Positions 30,046 through 38,686 of a stretch of 64,000 bases of DNA are shown one piece after another (within the stretch, counting starts at the first letter, position 1; every line of letters starts with the position of its first letter). The DNA is from Ignavibacteriota bacterium. GTDB taxonomy: Bacteria > Bacteroidota > Ignavibacteria > UBA10030. Location of the stretch: positions 1 to 64,000 of the forward strand of contig CAVSHO010000010.1 in assembly GCA_963727825.1 (NCBI GenBank), read 5' to 3'. A program made the position numbers and the translations under genes. Below the pieces are notes generated by a model. That model made no database searches. It was not told the DNA's origin and was given only the letters and a program-made list of their open reading frames with translations.

Positions 30046-31562
30046 CTACAAAAGATTAAGCCGATTTGGATTGCATCGTCCGTACAATGCAGTCAATTCA
30101 TAGAGCCGTTCAGCAAGGTTCGGGTCCGACTTGTTCCCATGTGAAACGCCATTCCCAATTTCCCTCAATAGTGCCTGGGAAATTCATTCTTCCTTCACTT
30201 CCAAGTCCTATAACATCTTGAAATGGAATCACTGCTATATCCGCCGACGATTGCAAAGCGAGCTTGATCAAATCCCAATTAATTTGATGCCCATCAGTTT
30301 TGCAATAGCGTCGTACGAAATCGCGTTCATGCAGCGTCGCTTTTTCATACCAGCCACAAGTTGTATTATTGTCATGCGTGCCTGTATAAACCACACAGTT
30401 TTTTTCATATTGATACGGAAGAAAAGCATTTTCTGGGCCATCAGTAAATGCGAACTGCAAAACTTTCATTCCGGGAAAATGTAGTTTTTCACGAAGTGCA
30501 TTTACTTCCGGTGTCACAATTCCAAGATCTTCGGCAATAATCGGAAGTGTGCCAAGCTCCGCTTTCACAGCTTTGAAAAAACTTAGGCCCGGTCCCTTTA
30601 CCCACCGACCGTTCTTAGCTGTCTCTTCTTTCTCCGAAATTTCCCAATACGATTCAAATCCTCGAAAGTGATCAACACGAAGAATATCAAATAATTCGAA
30701 CGTTTTACGAAATCGATTAATCCACCATCTATAATCGTCTTTCTCCATAGTATCCCAGCGATATAATGGGTTACCCCAACGTTGCCCTGTTTTACTAAAA
30801 TAATCAGGTGGAACACCTGCAACTGCATTAGGCAGTCCATTATCATCTAAATTGAACATTTCTGGGTGCGACCAAACATCAGCACTATGCTGTGAAACAA
30901 AAATAGGAATATCTCCAATAAGTTTGATGTTATGTTCTTTCGCATACAACTTTAATTTTTTCCATTGCCGATCAAAGCACCATTGAGTGAATTTATGGAA
31001 TTCTACGTGCTCCCGTAGTTCTTCTGATACTTTTTCCAAAGCATTTGAATCTCGTTTTGATGTATTCTGATCCCAAGTAGTCCAGTCTTCGCCATTATAT
31101 TTATAATTCAATGCCTGGAAGAGTGCATAATCATCCAGCCATGATTTTTCAGCTAAACAATATGCCGCATATTGTCTCTGATTCTCTAAATTTCCTTGTT
31201 TAAAAAATCTTTGAGATGCGATCTGAAGTATATTCATCCGAAACAGTATAACTTCTAAATAATTAATACGGTTACGCGATTTGATCTTGAGTGTAATCAA
31301 GCTCATTTTTCGTTAACCAACCGCAGTTAAATAATTCATATAAGTCTATAAGAATTGGATTACCTGCAAACGCTGAGAGGGACATATAAGGAGAATTTGC
31401 AAGACCAATTGGACCTATTGGGAGCATCTGCCAAAGTGATTGGCCACTTTTTGACAGCCAATCGATAAAGTGATAAGATGATGCTCCGAGATCTCCAGAG
31501 CCAAAAGGCCCTGGTAATGATGTTGGATGCAGAAGAATTCCGCTATTACGAGTAAATCTCAT
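30046..31562 (-). pseudogene. malQ: 4-alpha-glucanotransferase (GH77) carrying two +1 frameshifts
   Basis: The N-terminal part (31272-31562) has SGILLHPTSLP and the main part (30110-31306) has RVDHFRGF, IAEDLG and TGTHDN. The native-looking tail AERLYELTALYGR lies in a further shifted frame ending at 30046. Removing two bases gives 504 aa. Confidence 0.85.
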
Positions 31563-32334
31563 CTATCTCTTTTCTGCTTGTAGAGCCTGTAAGTTTTTTC
31601 AAGTAGTTGATTTCACTTCGATCCAGAAATCGCCAATTTCCGCGAGGAAGGCCAAGCGGTGTAAGCCCAGCAAAAGAGACGCGGTCGAGTTGCCGTACAT
31701 CATACCCAATGACTTCAAATATCCTTCGGATCTCACGGTTTCTTCCTTCCCGCAAGACAAGAAGTATTTTTTTTCGCTTAGAACCATCAATAATTTCGAC
31801 AGAATGTACTTTAGCTAAACCGTCTTCAAGTTGGACACCTTTTCGCAGTTTCTTCAAATCTTCATCATTAACTTGGCGGTCGAGCGTAACGCGGTACAAT
31901 TTTTCAATTTCAAATTTTGGGTGGATTAACGCATTTGCCAGATCGCCATCATTTGTAAACAGCAGAACACCTGTTGTATTTCTGTCTAATCGTCCGACAG
32001 GATAAATGCGTTGTTTGACATGGACATATTTCATAACGGTGGTGCGCCCCTTTTCGTCACTCATCGTCGTAATTGTATCTTTTGGTTTGTTGAAGATAAT
32101 ATAAACGAGTTTCTCTTCAAGATTCACCAATTCGCCTTGAACTGAAATCTTGTCTTTTCCAACTTGGACCTGGACACCTAACTCTTTAACCAATCTGCCA
32201 TTGATTTTCACCGCACCTGAAAGGATTAATTCATCATTCTTTCGGCGCGAACCAATTCCAGCCATTGCAAGATATCGATTCAAGCGAACAGTTTCTTGAT
32301 GAACCCTTGAATCTTTTCTCTCCATACCTTCCAA
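31546..32334 (-). CDS. rluB: rRNA pseudouridine synthase (RluB/RsuA family)
   Basis: S4 domain (RLNRYLA..G..SRR), VGRLD and EGRNREIRR; located downstream of scpB. Start uncertain. Confidence 0.88.
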   Translation of the reverse strand: MEGMERKDSRVHQETVRLNRYLAMAGIGSRRKNDELILSGAVKINGRLVKELGVQVQVGKDKISVQGELVNLEEKLVYIIFNKPKDTITTMSDEKGRTTVMKYVHVKQRIYPVGRLDRNTTGVLLFTNDGDLANALIHPKFEIEKLYRVTLDRQVNDEDLKKLRKGVQLEDGLAKVHSVEIIDGSKRKKILLVLREGRNREIRRIFEVIGYDVRQLDRVSFAGLTPLGLPRGNWRFLDRSEINYLKKLTGSTSRKEIDEIYS

Positions 32335-33392
32335 CGCTTTTGCGCCTGTCCCTTTGGAGGTTGTGGTTTCCCTGCTTCCGAAGTGTTTTGGTCGTCGTCT
32401 TGAATTAATTCTTCTGTCGTTGATGACATTTCTCCACTTTGTATTTCTATTTCCGGTGTTCTTTTTGGTTCATTACAGATGTCTATAATTTCAGATTGTG
32501 TTTTTTCATCTACTGCTTTATCAATCGGTAACTGTTGCTCTGCTGGAGTATTTTCCGGAGTGAACTCAATCTTTTCTTGTCCTGCTTCTTCTAATGCCTT
32601 TCGTTCTTCAATAGGCATTATTCTTATTTCACGTGTTATTTTATGAGGAACGATTTCAACGCCTTTTTCATCAAGTTCCGGTTTCTTTTTGGGAATGTGC
32701 GGCAACCGTGATTTAAAATCTTCCTGATCTTTTCGTGCCTCCTCAGCTCCAGCTTGGGCCTCCAGCATTCTGCGTTCCGTTTCAAATTGGCTTTCACCAA
32801 GAATTTCTTCGATCTCTCGAGGCCTGGGCAAATCTGTAATATCGTTTAATCCAAAATGTTTAAGAAATTCTCTTGTTGTCCCGTACAAAAGAGGACGTCC
32901 GACACTTTCAGCTCGTCCCGTTACAGTTAGCAATTCTTTTTCCAGCAAAGTTTTGAGGACATAATCGCAATTGACACCACGAATTTTTTCAACCTCTGCT
33001 TTTGTAATCGGCTGTTTGTAGGCAACGATTGCTAACGTTTCAATGCCGGATTGGGAAAGTTTCCTTCGCCCCTGTTCTTTATATAGTTTTCCAAGCCATT
33101 CAGCATATTCTGGCAACGTAGCAAATTGATATCCACCAGCAATTTGCACAATGCGATATGGCCGATCCTGCTTTGTATATTCCTTATTCAGATCTGTTAT
33201 AATTTGTCGAATAACTTCCGGTTCTATATGTCTTGATTCATCACTCCGTACATTTTCACCTTCATAGATGGAACGAATCTGGTTAATAGAAAGTTGTTCC
33301 TGGGCAGCAAAGATTAATGCCTCGATCAATGTCTTGATTGTTGTCGGAATTTTTAGTTCAGTTTTCTCTATGGTTATCTGTTCTTCGGTCAA
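32280..33392 (-). CDS. scpB: SMC-Scp complex subunit ScpB with a long C-terminal extension
   Basis: IEALIFA, ETLAIVAYKQP, IRGV and GRPLLYGTT..FL..FGL motifs. Confidence 0.95.
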   Translation of the reverse strand: MTEEQITIEKTELKIPTTIKTLIEALIFAAQEQLSINQIRSIYEGENVRSDESRHIEPEVIRQIITDLNKEYTKQDRPYRIVQIAGGYQFATLPEYAEWLGKLYKEQGRRKLSQSGIETLAIVAYKQPITKAEVEKIRGVNCDYVLKTLLEKELLTVTGRAESVGRPLLYGTTREFLKHFGLNDITDLPRPREIEEILGESQFETERRMLEAQAGAEEARKDQEDFKSRLPHIPKKKPELDEKGVEIVPHKITREIRIMPIEERKALEEAGQEKIEFTPENTPAEQQLPIDKAVDEKTQSEIIDICNEPKRTPEIEIQSGEMSSTTEELIQDDDQNTSEAGKPQPPKGQAQKRWKVWREKIQGFIKKLFA

Positions 33393-34105
33393 TTCACATT
33401 TCTCATAATAGATAGATCGCCGTATGGCTTTAATTGTCTGACGATGATTTTCTTAGCCCGTATAACTTCTAGTAAGGCAAGAAATGTTACTACAATACGA
33501 ATTCGTTCTGTAAAGTCTTTGACCAAATCATAAAAGGTCGCTTCAGAACGCCGCGAAAAGAATTCTTCGATATAAGTTATTTGTTCTTCGATAGTTACAT
33601 TAAGCTTTTCAATTTCATGAACGAATTTTTTCGGCATTCGATCCATTGCAAATTTGAATGAAGCAATCAAATCGAAGAAAGTCACATCGCGGATCATATC
33701 TTCGCCGGTCTCTTCTTCTACTACATGTTCATCGGCAGAATGATAACCGCGGTAGTGCACTTTCATCTGTTCTTCTTCTCGATTCTTCATTTGCAAAGAC
33801 ATTTCCTTGAAACGTTTATATTCCACCAAACGCTGAACCAAATTTGCACGCGGGTCAAGTTCTTCCTCATCACTTTGTTCCGGCGGTAAAAGCATTTTGA
33901 CTTTTATCTGCATTAGCTCAGCAGCCATTACTAAGAACTCACCAGCAATTTCCAAATCAAATTGCTGCAAGAAATGCATGTAATCTAAGAATTCTCTCGT
34001 AATACTTGCTATCGGAATGTCATAGATATCCAGTTCATCCCGTTTGATGAAGAATAAAAGAAGATCCAGCGGCCCTTCAAAATCATTCAGTTTAATTGTG
34101 TACAT
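33389..34105 (-). CDS. scpA: Segregation and condensation protein ScpA (kleisin)
   Basis: FEGPLDLLL and VVTFLALLE motifs. Confidence 0.96.
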   Translation of the reverse strand: MYTIKLNDFEGPLDLLLFFIKRDELDIYDIPIASITREFLDYMHFLQQFDLEIAGEFLVMAAELMQIKVKMLLPPEQSDEEELDPRANLVQRLVEYKRFKEMSLQMKNREEEQMKVHYRGYHSADEHVVEEETGEDMIRDVTFFDLIASFKFAMDRMPKKFVHEIEKLNVTIEEQITYIEEFFSRRSEATFYDLVKDFTERIRIVVTFLALLEVIRAKKIIVRQLKPYGDLSIMRNVN

Positions 34106-34110
34106 TATAA

Positions 34111-35094
34111 CTACCCAAGTTTCATTGCTTCATGGACTTCAGTCATCGTCTGTTTCGCGACTGCTTTAGCGCGTTTTTCGCCATCAGCAAGAATGTTCTT
34201 TACATCATCCATATGCTCTTCGTAATATGATCTCTTCTCGTAACTCGGTGCAAGCGTCTCTATAATTTTTTTTGCACAGTTCATTTTGCAATCCACACAT
34301 CCAAGTTTACCGCTTTCACAATTGGCACGAATCTCCGGTACCTCTGCCGGATTGAATTTATTGTGATAGGCAAAAACCAAACATATATCGGGATGACCAG
34401 GATCGCCTTTACGAACTTTTTGTGGATCAGTCACAGCTGTCTTCAGTTTTTTCATTATTGCTTCGGGCGAATCTGAAAGAAGAATTGTATTCCCAATCGA
34501 TTTGCTCATTCGTTTTCCATCTAAACCGGGCAAGCGAGCGAACTTTGTAATTTTTCCTTCTGGTTCAGGAAAAACCGGAGCATATTGAACATTAAAACGT
34601 CTTGCAAGCTCACGCGTAATTTCGATATGCGGCAATTGGTCTTCACCGACAGGCACTACATCTCCTTTGTAAAGCAAAATATCTGCTGCCTGCAGTACCG
34701 GATAGCCGAGATGGCCATATACTACATTATCCATTGAAAGATCACGAACTTGTTCCTTCAACGTTGGGTTTCGTTCAAGACGCGAAGTAGTAATCAGCAT
34801 GGAAAAAATTAGATGCAACTCTGAGTGCTCTTTGATTTGCGATTGACGGAACATTGGGCTTTGTACTGGATCAATCCCAGCGGCAAGCCAATCAATCAGC
34901 ATGTCGATGGAATTACTATAAATCTCTGATGTATCCGGATTTGTTGTTAACGCATGATAATCGGCAATGAGATGATAATTCTGATAATCACCTTGCATCG
35001 CTACCCAATTCTCCAATGCGCCTGTAAGATGACCAAGATGCAGTTTTCCCGTTGGGCGCATGCCACTAAGAATGATTTTTTTCTTTTGATTCAA
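34111..35094 (-). CDS. trpS: Tryptophan--tRNA ligase
   Basis: SGMRPTGKLHLGH, YPVLQAADIL, VGEDQ and RMSKS motifs. Confidence 0.98.
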   Translation of the reverse strand: MNQKKKIILSGMRPTGKLHLGHLTGALENWVAMQGDYQNYHLIADYHALTTNPDTSEIYSNSIDMLIDWLAAGIDPVQSPMFRQSQIKEHSELHLIFSMLITTSRLERNPTLKEQVRDLSMDNVVYGHLGYPVLQAADILLYKGDVVPVGEDQLPHIEITRELARRFNVQYAPVFPEPEGKITKFARLPGLDGKRMSKSIGNTILLSDSPEAIMKKLKTAVTDPQKVRKGDPGHPDICLVFAYHNKFNPAEVPEIRANCESGKLGCVDCKMNCAKKIIETLAPSYEKRSYYEEHMDDVKNILADGEKRAKAVAKQTMTEVHEAMKLG

Positions 35095-35166
35095 AAGAAC
35101 ATTAATTCCTTTCGATGCAAATAACTTTTAGTAATTAGCTATTAGGTAAAAGCCAATAGCTATTCT

Positions 35167-35670
35167 TCAATTCATAAATAGATACGGTTTCCAATGGTCA
35201 TCTACCGTGCCAACGAAGTGCCGTATAAACATTACGTGATTGGGACGAATAGGTTTGCGTAGAAGTTTCATTTGTGCTTCATGTAATGTTCGGTCTCCTT
35301 TTTTATTGTTGCATGAAACGCATGCAGCAACAAGATTTTCCCAGGTATCTGGACCGCCCTTCGCTTTCGGAATAACATGATCAACAGTGAGCATTGACTC
35401 GGTTTTTCCACAATATTGACATAAATGCCCATCACGGCGTAATATATTCTTATGGGAAAGGACAATTTTCTTATAGGGCAACCGAATATAGACAGAGAGG
35501 CGAACGATGCTTGGATAAGGCATCGATGTATAAACAGAACGCAATTTTCTACCATCACACGCTGCAATCAATTCTGCTTTCCCTAAATATAAAAGAATGA
35601 TTGCTTTCTTGACGTTACAGATGCTTAACGGCTCATAATCATGATTAAGTACAAGTACTTTCCGGCTCAA
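35167..35670 (-). CDS. HNH endonuclease (stand-alone)
   Basis: RRDGHLCQYCG...TVDHVIP..GG..TWENLV.AC..CNNKKG motif. Confidence 0.93.
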   Translation of the reverse strand: MSRKVLVLNHDYEPLSICNVKKAIILLYLGKAELIAACDGRKLRSVYTSMPYPSIVRLSVYIRLPYKKIVLSHKNILRRDGHLCQYCGKTESMLTVDHVIPKAKGGPDTWENLVAACVSCNNKKGDRTLHEAQMKLLRKPIRPNHVMFIRHFVGTVDDHWKPYLFMN

Positions 35671-35784
35671 TTTTCCGTCTGCACCAACGGTTCTTTCAAA
35701 GACACTGAAGACCTATGCACCTCCTCTATACTATTAGATTGTTGGACTACAAATTTCTCATTAAATATCATTGATTCTATTGAA

Positions 35785-35813
35785 AATATACCATAATTTG
35801 CACCGAGAGTCAA
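35785..35813 (-). promoter_or_regulatory. Putative promoter of the HNH-trpS-scpAB-rluB operon
   Basis: TTGACT-N17-TATATT on the minus strand. Confidence 0.6.
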
Positions 35814-36079
35814 GATGTGCATAACTGATTTGGAATTTCATAGATTGTATTAATCATTCCAAAGGATTCCAGCGATTAATCAAAGTTAACCTTTGGAAAA
35901 TCATATTTAATTGCATTTGTATCTTTTACTTATCTCTTCTATTGAATCGTAAACAAGCAAAATCCCAAAGGAGTAAGCAAACATAAATAGCTATGATAGC
36001 AGGCAATGGGGATTTTTGCTCAAATATAAATTGATAGGTAAGATGTTATTCTAAGAAACATTTCCAATTCTATAGTAAG

Positions 36080-38521
36080 GTGAACAAATTGAAATCTTTA
36101 GTTACTCTAATATTGTTTTTCATATTGCTATCTTTTCAGGATTTCGCACAGGAAAGGAATAGCTACAAGTTGATGGGGAGTGTTGTCGACTCGGTATCGG
36201 GCGCCAGTTTACAAAATATTAATGTAACAATAATTTCGAGAAAAGATGGGAAGGTAATCGGTGGAGCAACAACTAACGCAAAGGGTTATTATGAAATAGA
36301 AAAAATTCCAGAGCGTGTAATACGCGCGAAGTTTTCGATAGTTGGGTATCAAACAAAAATAATTGATTCGATCTCATTAGAAAATACTTCACGCATAGGT
36401 ATAGTTAAGCTTTTTGAAACAACGATAGTAATGCCCGATGTAGTTGTCGAAACAATTAAGCCGATGATTGAATTTAAAGCCGATAAACAAATAATTAATA
36501 TCGACCAGGCCCCGGGAAACAACGGCTCTTTGACAGATGTGTTGAATAATTCCGGACTGGTGGATGTTGATCCTCAATCAAAGTCTATCTCTGTACGAGG
36601 ACAAGCTGTACGATTGGAAAAGGACGGGCATCCGTTCAAGATGCCGGATAATACACTCTCTCAGCTTCCCGCAGCGATGTTTGACCAGGTTGAAGTCGTT
36701 TTATCCCCAGGCGCTAGAGAAAGTGCTGAAGGTGGAACTTATATCCTTAACATAATTACAAAAAAAAGTGCGTATGATAATATAAGTGGTTCTCTTAATA
36801 TAAATGTTGCCTCAAATCAAAATAATTACGGCGGTTTGAATGTAAACTATAAGGTAAATAAATTAAACATTTTTATTTCAAGTCTCGGGTACTTCAGCAA
36901 ATTCATCGCTAAATCTATTTATGAAAAAGATAATTACAACGCCACGAGCTTTCATTACTTGAATTCTAATTCATCAACTAATAGCGACATTTTTTTCGGA
37001 AATATTGAATCAGGATTTGATTATAATCTGGATGAAAATAATACTTTCACATTCGTCGGTTCTTATAATAGACAGAAAGATAACAAAAACACTACCGGCA
37101 ACGGTGTAGTTGAAAATAATCTTTCCATTCCAGAGTATAGCTTAGGAAATCTGAGCAATTTAGATGACGCAAGGAGCAACTATACTCTTTACGGTTTCTA
37201 TAAAAAGAAATTCGGCAAGTCCGATTCGCAATCCGCATTACCTGAAAAAGAGTTGACATTCGATGCATACTTCTCCAACATTTACAATCGTTCATTCGAT
37301 GACTTGAATACTATGTACAGTTATCAACCCGACCTACCACAATTGATTAACAGTGGGACTGTTGAGAATGCAAATACCTTTATCTTCAAAGTTGAATATG
37401 TTGTTCCTTCAGAAATTGGAACGTTCGAGACCGGATATAATTTCACTTATCGTCATAGACAAGACGAAAACAATTCGCTTGACTATTCTTATCTGACTAA
37501 TACATGGCAGGACAGCTTAGGACTAAGTAATCTCTTCAGATACAAAGAGAATATTCATGCGGGTTATATTTCGTACTCAGAGGATTTTGGTAAATTTGGA
37601 TCAAGGGCTGGTTGTAGAATGGAATATCTATCAACAGAAGAGAACCAGATTACCACTGATCAAAATTATGATCATTGTTTTTTAAATTTCTTTCCAAACT
37701 TAGATATTTCATATAGAATAAACGAGTTCTTTCAGATTTACTTTAACGCTTTTAGGAGAGTAAAGTATCCAGAGTTGTATTATGTAAATCCATATAAGAT
37801 ATACACCGGACCAAATAGTTTTAAAGCAGGAAATCCTGATTTACAGCCCTCTTACACAAATTCGTATGCACTTGGTTTGTCTCAATACATTAATGCATAT
37901 TACAGTTTTTCATCCGGATTATACCAATATGTAATGGCAAATCTTCAAGACAGTATATCGAACATCTACCCAGTAAACTTAAACAGCAACAAAATATACG
38001 GTGTAGACTTATCACTACCATATTATAATAGTCCGATGGCTTTGTTTCATCTGCCTGATTGTATTTCGATGATTAATATCAGATTTACCTACAGGTACAG
38101 CAAGACCACCGGCAATTATCTAAATGAGGATTTATCCGACTGGGGCTATTCCAAATCATTGAACGCTTCACTCGGATTGAAACTATGGTATGATATTGAT
38201 GCAAATATGTATTTTACTATTACACCAAGAACAGAAAGCAAAATGTATATCAACAATCAATATTCCTACTCTATGATCTCCTTTAGAAAGTCATTCTTAA
38301 ATGAAAAACTTGAGGTTAGTTTGTCGGTTAACGATATCTTGAATAGCAATAAATACGATTATCAAACGTTCGGTACTGATTTCTATCTTCACAATATTAG
38401 CACAATGCAAAACAGTCAGGCAGTTCGCCTAAACATTATATACATGTTTAATAATTATCAGCAAAGGCCGGAAAGAAATATTGATGACGGAAGGGATGCT
38501 GCAGATAAATCGAACAGATGA
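36080..38521 (+). CDS. TonB-dependent-receptor-like outer-membrane beta-barrel protein
   Basis: Signal peptide, carboxypeptidase-regulatory-like domain (GATTNAKGYY, SIVGY), plug-like region (ILNIITKK) and barrel with GNPDLQPSYT. Confidence 0.85.
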   Translation: MNKLKSLVTLILFFILLSFQDFAQERNSYKLMGSVVDSVSGASLQNINVTIISRKDGKVIGGATTNAKGYYEIEKIPERVIRAKFSIVGYQTKIIDSISLENTSRIGIVKLFETTIVMPDVVVETIKPMIEFKADKQIINIDQAPGNNGSLTDVLNNSGLVDVDPQSKSISVRGQAVRLEKDGHPFKMPDNTLSQLPAAMFDQVEVVLSPGARESAEGGTYILNIITKKSAYDNISGSLNINVASNQNNYGGLNVNYKVNKLNIFISSLGYFSKFIAKSIYEKDNYNATSFHYLNSNSSTNSDIFFGNIESGFDYNLDENNTFTFVGSYNRQKDNKNTTGNGVVENNLSIPEYSLGNLSNLDDARSNYTLYGFYKKKFGKSDSQSALPEKELTFDAYFSNIYNRSFDDLNTMYSYQPDLPQLINSGTVENANTFIFKVEYVVPSEIGTFETGYNFTYRHRQDENNSLDYSYLTNTWQDSLGLSNLFRYKENIHAGYISYSEDFGKFGSRAGCRMEYLSTEENQITTDQNYDHCFLNFFPNLDISYRINEFFQIYFNAFRRVKYPELYYVNPYKIYTGPNSFKAGNPDLQPSYTNSYALGLSQYINAYYSFSSGLYQYVMANLQDSISNIYPVNLNSNKIYGVDLSLPYYNSPMALFHLPDCISMINIRFTYRYSKTTGNYLNEDLSDWGYSKSLNASLGLKLWYDIDANMYFTITPRTESKMYINNQYSYSMISFRKSFLNEKLEVSLSVNDILNSNKYDYQTFGTDFYLHNISTMQNSQAVRLNIIYMFNNYQQRPERNIDDGRDAADKSNR

Positions 38522-38686
38522 AGATGTAGCTCTATACTAGATAATATAAATTGATTATGGATTCTGCCATGCTATCTTTATTTTTTTCTCAGTAGCAATA
38601 AACTTAACTAAAGATAATTAGTATGAATAGTAGATACTTTAAATCTAAATTCTTCCTTTTCGTGATTTTATTTTGCGACTTTGAAT

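Noticed and set aside
30110-30112. TGA after Cys in malQ as selenocysteine or readthrough
   Set aside because: The conserved C-terminus continues in a different frame, so this is a frameshift and not recoding.
31272-31306. Programmed frameshifting in malQ
   Set aside because: There is no slippery heptamer or stimulatory structure, and a second independent shift near the 3' end would also be needed.
35167-35670. HNH nuclease as a defence, homing or Cas-like gene
   Set aside because: It is a short stand-alone HNH heading a housekeeping operon, with no methylase, repeat array, intron or RuvC domain nearby.
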